DNA from: Promethearchaeota archaeon
GTDB lineage: Archaea > Asgardarchaeota > Heimdallarchaeia > Hodarchaeales > Hodarchaeaceae
Direction of reading: 5' to 3'
DNA length: 64,000 nt
Assembly: GCA_048938105.1 (NCBI GenBank)
Contig: JBHLMN010000017.1
Span: forward strand, 32,001 to 96,000
The position numbers and the translations under genes were made by a program. Shown here piece by piece: positions 38,661 through 48,900 of the stretch; the stretch's first letter is position 1, and each line of letters begins with the position of its first letter. The notes under the pieces are model-generated. The model worked only from the letters and a program-made list of their open reading frames with translations. It had not been told where the DNA came from and made no database searches.

Positions 38661-40808
38661 TCATGAAGCTTTAATTATTTCAGTTCTCTCTAAAGTTATT
38701 CCTTCATTCTCATGAATAGACAGCTTTTGTTTATTTGTGGAAGAAATAAACTTCCTTCTTTCCGAACGAACTTTCCAAGTTGTTAGCTCACTAAAGAATA
38801 CTAGTCCAAAGGCAATAAGCAGTTTCAAGGATGAATAGAGGTCACCATAAACGTAGTGTACCAATGTACCGATAATGACCACTACTAGAAGAATCCTAGT
38901 CAAGTTTCGACATACTTTCAGAATTATACCTTCAGGTTTCTTAGTCGCAAGACCATACCATTGTATAACTACGATTAAAAACAATTGAATGCCCAAGAAA
39001 AGCAGAGTGTGCCACATTGTAACTGTATACCCCACTGTAGAGGAGGAAGACGAATAAATAGGGAACAATGAGATATATCCTCCCCTAAATTCGAGAACGG
39101 GGGCCTCAAATGATCCATTATAACTAACACTAGTTGCTACTACTACGAAAGCAAGAACCATTTCAAAGAACGAGATAAAAAGCATGAAAACTGATAAAAT
39201 GAAGGCTTTTCCAATTTCTCCAATTCCTTTGAAAAATCTTGAGACTAATGAAGGCTTTTTGTCTATATCAACTGGTTTAGTGAAAAGAACGTGTTCCCTA
39301 GCTTCAGGTGACTCTACTATTCTGCTTTTTACGTCTGTTGATTGTTCTATCGTGCGATTAGTAAAGATATGTTGGGAGTTATTGAGTCTGGGCACTGAGC
39401 TTGGGCTAGCTAACGTAACTAAAGTTTTACCAAACCATAGTTTGAATCTTTTCCCGCTGGAGGTATTTAAAACAATTTCAGAGGCAATCAAAACAATAAT
39501 AATACCAAAAACACCAAAATAAACAATTATCATATCATTAGCGAAAGTAAGGATGAGAATCAACTTAAAAGCCAATAGTCTCATCAACCATGCAATAAGT
39601 TCAGGCGCCTTTGTAAACGTTTCTGGGTCTCGAGAAGAAGAAGTCTTTATCTTGTAATATCTCAAGGCTCCTACTGATACCACCATAACAACTAGACTGG
39701 AATATGCAAGTAGGAAAGCAAACATGGGTACAGAAGAAATATCATACATTCTATAATGATATTCATCCCTCCATGAATAGAAACCAATCCAAGGAAAGAC
39801 GAAAGTTGTTACAAGCATAGTAAATAAAATTACTACTAGCCACTTCTCTTCTCGTGTAAATTGTTCTTTAAATTGGGTCCAATATGAGGGTATATTCAAC
39901 TGCTTTTGATCATGTTTGGGATCTGTTAAAGCCGAACCTAACGAAATTAACCAAGGGCCAAGTTTCTCTTCCCAAAATTGAGACTTCATCTGACGTTCAA
40001 TAACACCTGCAAGTATTAACCAAATGGGAATGTACATTAGATAAGCGGAAAAAAACAGTAATGACGACTTAAAGAATAACAAGAGAAAACTAAAACGCGA
40101 AAACCAAACAATCAATGAATCATCAAAGCGTCGATCGAATCCTTTCTCTCGGGTGAGTTTTGTTTTCCATCTATGGATCACAAATCCCTCCCATAATACG
40201 AGAATTATTGCTGTAAATGTCGCTGTACTGCAACCTGTGTAACCATGTTCATAAATGATTTCTGGATTTATATGCACTATTGACCAAGACCATAGATGAA
40301 ATCCTCCCAGGATCGAATTATAATTGAATAGAGAAATATCGAGAAGAATGATAAAGAAGAGAAAACAAAGTCGATAGAGAGTGAAAAGAGAAAATCCATG
40401 ATAATAAGACCTGATCCCTCGAACCTCATCCTGAAGTTGCATAGGGGTGACTTGGACTTTTTGACCATTAGAAGGCTTAAACCCTGGTTTTGGGCTTTTT
40501 TTAACGGATGGTGAAGGGATAATTTTGGGGGTAAATGGTCCTGGTTCCTCTTCTCTGTCCAGGTCTAAATATTGTTCACAAATTTCACTCGGAGAACCAC
40601 ATTCTTCAATCGCCTTTAGAACATCATTATAGTGGACTCTGTCGTCAGTTGCTAACTCACCACTCCTGAGATACACAAAGTCATTTATTTCATTCAGAAG
40701 GGAATCAATTTCATTTGGGTGTAAACGAGTGTGTTCACGGAGATACTCCTCAATACCATCAACATACGTTCTAATCAAATGTTTAGCATCAACATCAATG
40801 GATTTCAT
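38661..40808 (-). CDS. HAAS-domain membrane protein (partner of PadR)
   Basis: N-terminal YVDGIEEYL...EIDSLLNEI...IEECGSPSEIC HAAS-like motif, then repeated TM blocks. Confidence 0.7.
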   Translation of the reverse strand: MKSIDVDAKHLIRTYVDGIEEYLREHTRLHPNEIDSLLNEINDFVYLRSGELATDDRVHYNDVLKAIEECGSPSEICEQYLDLDREEEPGPFTPKIIPSPSVKKSPKPGFKPSNGQKVQVTPMQLQDEVRGIRSYYHGFSLFTLYRLCFLFFIILLDISLFNYNSILGGFHLWSWSIVHINPEIIYEHGYTGCSTATFTAIILVLWEGFVIHRWKTKLTREKGFDRRFDDSLIVWFSRFSFLLLFFKSSLLFFSAYLMYIPIWLILAGVIERQMKSQFWEEKLGPWLISLGSALTDPKHDQKQLNIPSYWTQFKEQFTREEKWLVVILFTMLVTTFVFPWIGFYSWRDEYHYRMYDISSVPMFAFLLAYSSLVVMVVSVGALRYYKIKTSSSRDPETFTKAPELIAWLMRLLAFKLILILTFANDMIIVYFGVFGIIIVLIASEIVLNTSSGKRFKLWFGKTLVTLASPSSVPRLNNSQHIFTNRTIEQSTDVKSRIVESPEAREHVLFTKPVDIDKKPSLVSRFFKGIGEIGKAFILSVFMLFISFFEMVLAFVVVATSVSYNGSFEAPVLEFRGGYISLFPIYSSSSSTVGYTVTMWHTLLFLGIQLFLIVVIQWYGLATKKPEGIILKVCRNLTRILLVVVIIGTLVHYVYGDLYSSLKLLIAFGLVFFSELTTWKVRSERRKFISSTNKQKLSIHENEGITLERTEIIKAS

Positions 40809-40813
40809 TTTCT

Positions 40814-41233
40814 TTAAGACCTTCTCCTTTTTTGATCATCAATTTCTTGATACCATTTCTTTATAAAATCATGATAGGAAAAATAAGTGCCGATCATCTC
40901 TTCAATCATTTCCTCACCAATCCCAGTGATTGTATATATCTTTCTGGGTACACCAGGAGAGTCTATATCATCAGCTGTTATTGGTTCTATCATTCCATCA
41001 TCTTCCATTCGTTTTAACAAGGGATAAATTGTGCCTGCTTTCAATTCAATTCCAATACCAGTCTTTCTGATTAATTTTATGAGACCATATCCATGTGCGT
41101 CTTGAGTTCGTAGACGAATCAACATAAGGATCATCAATTGAAGTAAACCACGGCGAATATCACGTTCCCAATGTTTCACTATGATTGATTTCTTCCTCGG
41201 TTCTGTAGTATCCCTTCGTTTGTCCGTACTCAT
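40814..41233 (-). CDS. PadR family transcriptional regulator
   Basis: RRGLLQLMIL, HGYGLI, GTIYPLLKRME, PRKIYTIT..G. Confidence 0.92.
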   Translation of the reverse strand: MSTDKRRDTTEPRKKSIIVKHWERDIRRGLLQLMILMLIRLRTQDAHGYGLIKLIRKTGIGIELKAGTIYPLLKRMEDDGMIEPITADDIDSPGVPRKIYTITGIGEEMIEEMIGTYFSYHDFIKKWYQEIDDQKRRRS

Positions 41234-41310
41234 TAGTTTTTCAACCCTTAAGCTTTCAATCGCCTGATTTAGCCTGAAGAACTGCTTGATGTTGGAATAA
41301 ATCGATTATT

Positions 41311-41363
41311 GTACCTATATGCGCACCTATTTATATCGCGTGCCGACATATATAGCGCACCTA
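41311..41363. promoter_or_regulatory. Candidate PadR operator repeats
   Basis: GCGCACCTA at 41321-41329 and 41355-41363, each preceded by TATAT, a GC-containing patch in AT-rich DNA ~80-130 nt upstream of padR. Confidence 0.4.
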
Positions 41364-41811
41364 ACAAGGCTTTTATACCTAGCTATAAGTATACTAGAAA
41401 ACTTTTTACAGAGTAGAAAGCAGCGGAAAAAGAGAATTTGGTTATAACATTGATCTAATATTGCGATATTTATCCCCTTTTTAATGAAATAATAATTAAT
41501 TCTAATCATTGACTAATACTATCAAGATAAAATTTTTATTTACGCATAAAAAGCGATGAATAAACAATAATGAAGGAGAAAAAGCCATTATTTCTCACAA
41601 ACACCAGAAACTCTAATAAGGAATATTATTTCACCTGGTTGTCTTACTTTGCAACCTCACATTCATAAGTTGTTGCGGTCTTTAATCAACTTGTTCTAGG
41701 AATCCGATCACATAATTGCATCAGTTTGCAAGGAATAACAAAACTGTTGTTTCGTGAAGGAGTTATTACAAAAATAACTTAACAAGAATTAAAGAAATTA
41801 AGAGTAAAGGA

Positions 41812-43506
41812 TTGTGTGCTAAAATAATGTATGTCCCGACTCAAAAGAAGATGTTGTTACTTACAGGAATGATTTTTTTAGGTATATTTTCAACAACATA
41901 TTTAGCTAATTCATTTACTAGTAATTTAACACTTCCAGAAGCGGAAATTAAATTTGAGGAAGACGATTATGATAAAGCAGCAGCGGAAGAAGCGGATTCT
42001 AGAAATGGTTATCAAATCCCAGGCTTCTATGATGAAGAATATGAGTATAAAGAAGCAAAATTAACGGAAAAAGAAGTCCTTACCATAACAGAAGCACTGG
42101 AAGAAGTCCAAAGATTCAAAGCGGATCATGAAAATGTCTCTGTTTGGGCCTGGTATGATGGATTTGATTTTTGGTATGTTGACTACTCGGTTAATTACTG
42201 GAATGAGTACTATATTAAAGACAACGAGATTAGTACTGATGAAATTAGTTATGAAGCCGAACCAGTTACTGATTACTCCTATTACCCTGAATGGAATTAT
42301 CTTACTATTATAATTCAAGATTCAACTGGTAAGGTTTATAAAATCATTCAACCCATAAAACCAACCTTAACTGAAGAGGAAGTTTATGATATTGCTATAA
42401 ATTCTGAAGAAGGAATTGCTTTCCTTGAAGAATATCCAGAAGCCGATATTAATATCTGGTTTGATTCTTTCCAATTTTGGTATGTAGAATTCTACCCTTC
42501 TTATGAATATTGTGAATATAATGATGATTTTACTGATCCTGATGAACCTAATGTTAAAATAGGATCTGGGTATGTATGGGATTATCTTTCTCTTGTAATT
42601 GATGATCTTACAGGAGAGATTATTGAAGTAGTTCAACCTATTGATCCAACCTTAAGTGAGGACGAAGTACTTGAAATTGCCTTTGATATCCCTAAGATTC
42701 AAGAATTAGCGGATGAATATGAGGATCTTCAAGTTTGGGCTTATTATGATGGCTATGGTTATTGGTATATCGATATCCACTCTTCTGAGCACTATGAAGT
42801 CTGGGCATACGTTACCATTGACGATGCTACTTCTGAAGTGGTTGATTTTTATGTCCCACAACTACCTGACCTGTCAAAAGAAACAATCATCGACATTGCA
42901 ATGGAAGATCCAAATGTCAAAGAATTCCTAGATAAATATGATAATTCCTCAATCGACGCGTATTTCTATACCAGTTGGTACTTCTCTGATGAGACGGGTG
43001 AGAAAATGAACGAACCTAGTTACGAAGGAACCCCAGAAGCTTATTGGTATGTCTATGTCTATTCTGAAATCTATTTAGATGCTTGGGGGTATCTACTGAT
43101 CAGTGATGATACGGGGGAAATTATTGAGTCAGATTTTATTATGCCTGACCTACCAACAGTAACCTATACTGAAGCTATCAGTATTACTCAAGCCCATGAA
43201 TTAACTATTGAATTCATAGAAAATTATCCTGATTACGGAATATATGCATATCATTTCAGTACTTATTACTACGATGAAGTAGTCGAGGATAAGGATTATA
43301 CTGAAGTTAGTTATAATGAAGGTAGGGGGATATGGCACATCGTGTATTATACCCCTACAGAGTTTTATTGGCGGTCTTCAGAGGAACGAAAATATGATAA
43401 TGAATCACCTACTTACGCTGAACTCGGATTTATAATAGATAGTGAAACTGGAGATATCTTAGAAACCTGGTATTACAATTGGGACGATGAAATCGTCCCA
43501 TCATAA
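41812..43506 (+). CDS. Secreted, highly acidic Tyr/Trp-rich protein with five PepSY-like repeats
   Basis: Signal peptide; repeats begin L[TS]E.E[VA]..I[AT] and end [LV]I[DS]D.TG[EK][IV]. Confidence 0.75.
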   Translation: MCAKIMYVPTQKKMLLLTGMIFLGIFSTTYLANSFTSNLTLPEAEIKFEEDDYDKAAAEEADSRNGYQIPGFYDEEYEYKEAKLTEKEVLTITEALEEVQRFKADHENVSVWAWYDGFDFWYVDYSVNYWNEYYIKDNEISTDEISYEAEPVTDYSYYPEWNYLTIIIQDSTGKVYKIIQPIKPTLTEEEVYDIAINSEEGIAFLEEYPEADINIWFDSFQFWYVEFYPSYEYCEYNDDFTDPDEPNVKIGSGYVWDYLSLVIDDLTGEIIEVVQPIDPTLSEDEVLEIAFDIPKIQELADEYEDLQVWAYYDGYGYWYIDIHSSEHYEVWAYVTIDDATSEVVDFYVPQLPDLSKETIIDIAMEDPNVKEFLDKYDNSSIDAYFYTSWYFSDETGEKMNEPSYEGTPEAYWYVYVYSEIYLDAWGYLLISDDTGEIIESDFIMPDLPTVTYTEAISITQAHELTIEFIENYPDYGIYAYHFSTYYYDEVVEDKDYTEVSYNEGRGIWHIVYYTPTEFYWRSSEERKYDNESPTYAELGFIIDSETGDILETWYYNWDDEIVPS

Positions 43507-43693
43507 ACTTAACATTTATTTTTTCCCTTTTCATGGAATTTTTAAGTCTTATCATCCTTCCTTAGGTTTATTTAGCTTCTCAAGCTTGATATTTAGTTTT
43601 TTTGCTAAGGAAAAAAGAGTATTTCATCTTCGTGGGAGAGAAAACGAAAGCTTATTATATTAAATACTTAAAATATGTCGCTGGTGACCTATC

Positions 43694-45028
43694 CTGATTG
43701 GGAGATCTTCTATTCTCATATTATCTCTTTTCCTTTCTAGTCTTTTTCTTATCCCACAGGGTAGTGCGTCGAAAGCAGACACAGAATTCGACATTGGTAA
43801 TGTTACATTAACTTACACGATATTTGAAAACCAGTCTTACAAATGCACTTTCTTTGTCCAAGTTATTGGGAACACTGATACAATAGAAGGGAATGTTCAA
43901 GGGACACTTATCGCCACTGGAGAAGTAAATAATATTATAATCATATTTGAAGGCAGCGAAATTAACTCCCAAATTTCTTCAATTAGTGGAAACACCCAAA
44001 TCTCTTTTAGTATCCAATCATCCCTCCAACCAGGAATTGAATACGACTTATCTGGTTCCTATATGGGTCTTACGTCAGATGACGAAGTGACTTCTTTAGG
44101 GATGGATTGGGGTACACGAACAAGTCTCCTACAAACATATATTTATTTAGAAAGAGGATTAGTTCTACTAGAAGTCGATCCAACACCTCAACGAATATCA
44201 ATTATAGCAGGAGGGAAATTACAACTTTCTTGGACTGATGTAAATCAACAGAAATTTCTAGCAACAATTGACTTCAGTTCTGAATCCACTACCAAGCTAA
44301 TGACGGCTAATATTAATACTTGGACGATAACGAGCTCCAAACCTTTAGTTGTTACAATCCAATCTTTTGTTAATTATGAACTCCATTGTTATACGGTGAC
44401 TCCTTCATGGATTAGTACCAATTTAACCCAATTTGTAATCAATCCTAAAGGTACAAAAGTTATTTCTTTCGTGCTATCAGATACGCTTCCTCCACGAGGT
44501 ACAACAGGAATCATCCAGATTAATGCTCGTGAAATCCTTACGAAGATAGAAATACCAGTTGAAATTTCTACAGGTTCGAGCTCTGATCCTTTTATCACAA
44601 GTCTAATTGCTGCATTTATTGGTTCAGCTATTTTTCTTGCGATAGTAATTCTGTTTCAAAACAGACAATTGATCATTGAGAAAGTTTCAGGGTATAAAAA
44701 ATCAATAAGAACTACATCTCAAATCCCTCCCACTGACATTTCTCCAAATACAATCCATCAAGCGATTCGAATTGAAGAACCAGTACGATCAAAAACTACA
44801 TGGGAAGAAGTCAAAGAAAAATGGCAAAATTTCCTCAATGAAAATGAAATAAGTGTCTTAAGACTTCTTCATGAAGGTTCAAAGAATCAACAAACTATAG
44901 CTGATGAATTAGGTCTCTCAAAGTCTACAATGTCTAGAATGTTAGCTAGACTCGAACAGAAAAGATTAATAATCAGAGAAAAGGACGGTATGAGTAACAT
45001 CGTCACCCTAAATTGGGAAACCATTTGA
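43694..45028 (+). CDS. Membrane-anchored winged-helix regulator (COG2512-like) with extracellular domain; non-canonical start
   Basis: Frame of track ORF 44063 is open back to 43688 and encodes a signal peptide (IGRSSILILSLFLSSLFLIPQGSA); one TM; C-terminal LNENE..VL...QQTIADELGLSKSTMSRMLARLEQKRLI..EKDGMSN. Confidence 0.75.
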   Translation: MIGRSSILILSLFLSSLFLIPQGSASKADTEFDIGNVTLTYTIFENQSYKCTFFVQVIGNTDTIEGNVQGTLIATGEVNNIIIIFEGSEINSQISSISGNTQISFSIQSSLQPGIEYDLSGSYMGLTSDDEVTSLGMDWGTRTSLLQTYIYLERGLVLLEVDPTPQRISIIAGGKLQLSWTDVNQQKFLATIDFSSESTTKLMTANINTWTITSSKPLVVTIQSFVNYELHCYTVTPSWISTNLTQFVINPKGTKVISFVLSDTLPPRGTTGIIQINAREILTKIEIPVEISTGSSSDPFITSLIAAFIGSAIFLAIVILFQNRQLIIEKVSGYKKSIRTTSQIPPTDISPNTIHQAIRIEEPVRSKTTWEEVKEKWQNFLNENEISVLRLLHEGSKNQQTIADELGLSKSTMSRMLARLEQKRLIIREKDGMSNIVTLNWETI

Positions 45029-45089
45029 AAAGAATGGAAAGTATCAACTCTCCATCATAGTTATCATTATAAGCAGTCTCAATCAAATA

Positions 45090-45878
45090 TTGGTTTTCAA
45101 CATGAATATTCACTTATTGGTCAGTCGTGAGGATAGTGCAGGGATGAATATCTCACGGTTTATTCATTCTCATCTGCAACAAAATGTAACGTTTATTGAT
45201 ACAGTATCTATCTATTCTGATGATGAAATCGCAAACGCTATTCCTTCTACTTCTTCGATTATTTTCCTTTCTCGCCATTCCGCGCAAAGTTTACGACCAA
45301 GTTTTACTGTTCACCCCATTGGGAATTTTGGAACAGCGGAATTTGGTGGTAAAGATAGTACATTAGTTAAATGTCATTCTTTTCTTATGAAAAGGTTATT
45401 ACTCAATATTCAAGAACTAAAGGCCTCTGGAGAATATACAATAAATTTTGATTATGAAGTGAGCTTAGAAGTTACCCACCATGGACCGTTCTCCAGACCA
45501 GCTATTGTGTTTATAGAGGTGGGTTCCACTGATGCTCAATGGGAAGATTTGGAAGCATGTCGACTCATTGCAGATGCTGTGAATAATACAGATTTTAATA
45601 ACCTCAATCAAGACAGTGATTGGGTATCTGTCATTGGATTTGGGGGGAACCATTATGCTACTAAATTTACTCGCTATATGGTAGAAAGTGATTATGCCTT
45701 CGGCCACATCTGTGCAAAATATGCGATTCAATGGTTAACTGAAGATTTAATTCGTCAAATGATTACGAAAACTAATCCCCCCCCAGAGCTTGTCTTATTT
45801 GATAAAAAGAGCATGAAACGAAAACAACAGCTTAGAACATGGTTATCCGAATTTAATATCAAAGTTAAACAGATTTAA
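45090..45878 (+). CDS. dtdA: Archaeal D-aminoacyl-tRNA deacylase (DTD2/GEK1)
   Basis: DSAGMNI, FLSRHS, TVHPIGN, LEVTHHGP, FIEVGS, GFGGNHYA. Confidence 0.93.
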   Translation: MVFNMNIHLLVSREDSAGMNISRFIHSHLQQNVTFIDTVSIYSDDEIANAIPSTSSIIFLSRHSAQSLRPSFTVHPIGNFGTAEFGGKDSTLVKCHSFLMKRLLLNIQELKASGEYTINFDYEVSLEVTHHGPFSRPAIVFIEVGSTDAQWEDLEACRLIADAVNNTDFNNLNQDSDWVSVIGFGGNHYATKFTRYMVESDYAFGHICAKYAIQWLTEDLIRQMITKTNPPPELVLFDKKSMKRKQQLRTWLSEFNIKVKQI

Positions 45879-45920
45879 TTTTATCCGATTTAAAAAGAGG
45901 GAGAAAATGATCACTAATGA

Positions 45921-48900
45921 TCATTTATTATTCCGTTTGAGCTTTTTCAATATAATTGTTGGTACGATCGCTATTACAACCATCATTCCAGTCATTCCAG
46001 GCACTGGTATAGATGGTGCAGCGCTTGTGGTGGTAGAGGAGGAGGAGGATTTAGTCTCAGTTGTAGTTGTTGTTGTTGTAGTAGTTGTAGGCTTTATATT
46101 TTGAATAGTAAAAAGATCAGAGATAGTCTCTTTGATTTCTCCTAATGAGCATGTAGCAACCACTTTAATCCGATACGTAGTATCATCATCAACTGTGGTG
46201 GTATCCCATTCGTAATTAGTGGTAATCAGACCTGACACCATAAGAATCCAGCTGCTCCCACCATCTGGAGAGTAGTACAACGAATAAGTAATTGAATGGT
46301 CAAAAGAATCCACTGAGAACCATTGAATCGTGATGATGCCCGACATGACTTCCCCGCCAATCGGATAGTTTATAATTGGTGGTGTGAGCGCATGGGTGTC
46401 AGGTGATACTAATGGGTAGGGATCTTGGTTTTCACTCCCAATAGGATAAGGATTATCCACGATACCGTCTCCGTCCGCATCAGGACTGGTCCAACCACTC
46501 CAGTAATTCAGGATGAAAACATTGTTTGACCCATCATCATTCGCTTGCGGGCCACTTATGAAGTGATTTCTCAAAATGGTATTGTAATCCGAATTTTCGA
46601 GATAGATTCCCTCATTGGGATTATTCGTAATAGTGTTATTGTTAATAATATTATAATGAGAGTTTCCTAAATTGATTCCATTGATTTCATTATCATGAAC
46701 ATCATTACCTGAAATCTCATTGAAATCAGCAGAACCTAAATTTATTCCTGAATCCATGTGATTGTAGACGGTGTTTCCTGTTATTCTATTGTTATTTCCA
46801 GTAATAAAAATTCCATTATTATTATCATAGAGGAGGTTTTGAGTGACATTGTTGAATAATCCATCAAGACGGATACCAGCATCGGGGTTGCTAAAGATGA
46901 TATTATAGCTAATAGTATTGTATTTTATATTATCTAAATCACCTAGAACAATACCATCACGATTATTGTTATAGATGGTATTTCCTGTGATAACATTGAA
47001 ATTACACTGTCCATCTCCTGATTCAATTCTAATTCCATCTTCCAGAGAATTATATATCTCATTATCTCTAATGATCGAATAAGAAGTTCCCCTAATATTT
47101 AATCCACAATCAGGACCATTCCCATCAATGACATTCTTGGAAACAACAATATATTCAGAACTTTCAATGTAAATTCCCAATCCGTTGTTGTTGTGAACGC
47201 TATTATTCGAGAGGAAGATATTTTTAGAGGAATCAATTTGAATCCCCCCGCTGTTTTCGTAAATGATATTGCTGGAAATAGTTATGTAAGTAGAACTTTC
47301 AATCCATATTCCCAACCAGTCATTGTTATCGATTGAATTGAATGATATATGATGATCAGAGCCTGTAACTTGAATCCCAAGTTCATTGCTAAAAATATAA
47401 TTATTGGTTACCTCGTTATTTTTTCCTCCAATCATAAATCCATTGACGTTATTAAATACCTTATTATAAGTGGCAAGGTTGTTTTCTTCACTATGATAGG
47501 GATTAATTTGGATCGCGAACTCAGAGTTGTATACAATATTATGAGATATGTAATTACTCCGACATTCCCATAACGAAATTCCCCGTCGGTCATTGTTTCC
47601 TGCTACTGTGTAATTAATTATATTGTAGCTAATAATGCAGTTATCGGACTCACTAATGACAATCCCTGCAAAATTATTATCACACGCGGTATTATTGGAG
47701 ATTTCGTTCTCGTAAGACCATAAAATAAAGATTCCATCATATGTATTCCAGTAAGCATGATTGTTAGTAATTATATTTCGACTAATATAACTGGATACCA
47801 TCCCTTCGTTATTATATACCCAGATCCCATTTTCTTTGTTCCCAAATACTGTATTATTATCAATCTTATTGTAAGTAATGTCATCCTCAAGCCGGATACC
47901 ATTCAAAATGTTATTATAAGCTGTATTATGACAAATCATATTTTTAGAAGAAGAATAAAGACGAATACCATCTCCATTAGTATCATAAACAGTGTTCTTG
48001 GCAATTGTATTATTTTGGGAAAAGGATGATAATTGAATGCCAACCCATTCATTATTGTATACTAAGTTATAAGATATGGTAGTATTATGAGAAGAAGTGA
48101 GAGAAATTCCCTCATTATTTTTGTATATAGTATTATATTCTATGATATTAAGATCCGAAGAAGAAAGGGTTATTCCATTCGCAGGATTACGATGGATAAG
48201 GTTCTTGAAAATAAAATTTTGACTTGATTCATCAAGATTGATTCCTCCCCACTTGTTATTAGAAATCATATTACTAACAATGATGTTATCATTCGAGGAT
48301 CCTCCTTCACCAAGCCATATTCCATACTCAAAGTTACCGAAAACGGCATTATTGACAACACTATTATTGTTGGACGACCAACCAAGTTTTATTCCAGTCC
48401 AACTGTTCCTGTAGACCGTATTGTTGATAATTGAATTATAATCAGATGATTCTACCCAAATACCGTCATAACCATTGTGGTAAATGATATTTTCTTCAAT
48501 AATCCCATGAGTTACATTATGGAAATATATGCCAGGATTTGACCCGAATAAACCATTAAGGATATTATTTGCAATTCGAAAATATAGCGATGTATCACTG
48601 ATCGCGATTGGGGAGGCAGCCGACGTTGTAATATTATATCCTTCAATCCGAATGGGATCTGCAATGGTGCCCATTCCAGGGAATGAAGAGTTGAGTTGGG
48701 CATCAGATGTTATTGAAATAAAACCATGGGGAGTGTATATTTTGGTCACTATATTCATATTAGTCATCCATTGGGCTAAATTAGTCGAATTAGTGGGAAC
48801 AGTGATCTCTCCGCTGATGATCTTATTTCTAACGGTTACATTCACTTCTTGGATTTTGTCAAAACCAATTTCATCTTTCGTATAAGTTAAAGGAGATAAT

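Noticed and set aside
41327-41509. 60 aa ORF upstream of padR
   Set aside because: AT-rich low-complexity translation overlapping the probable promoter/operator
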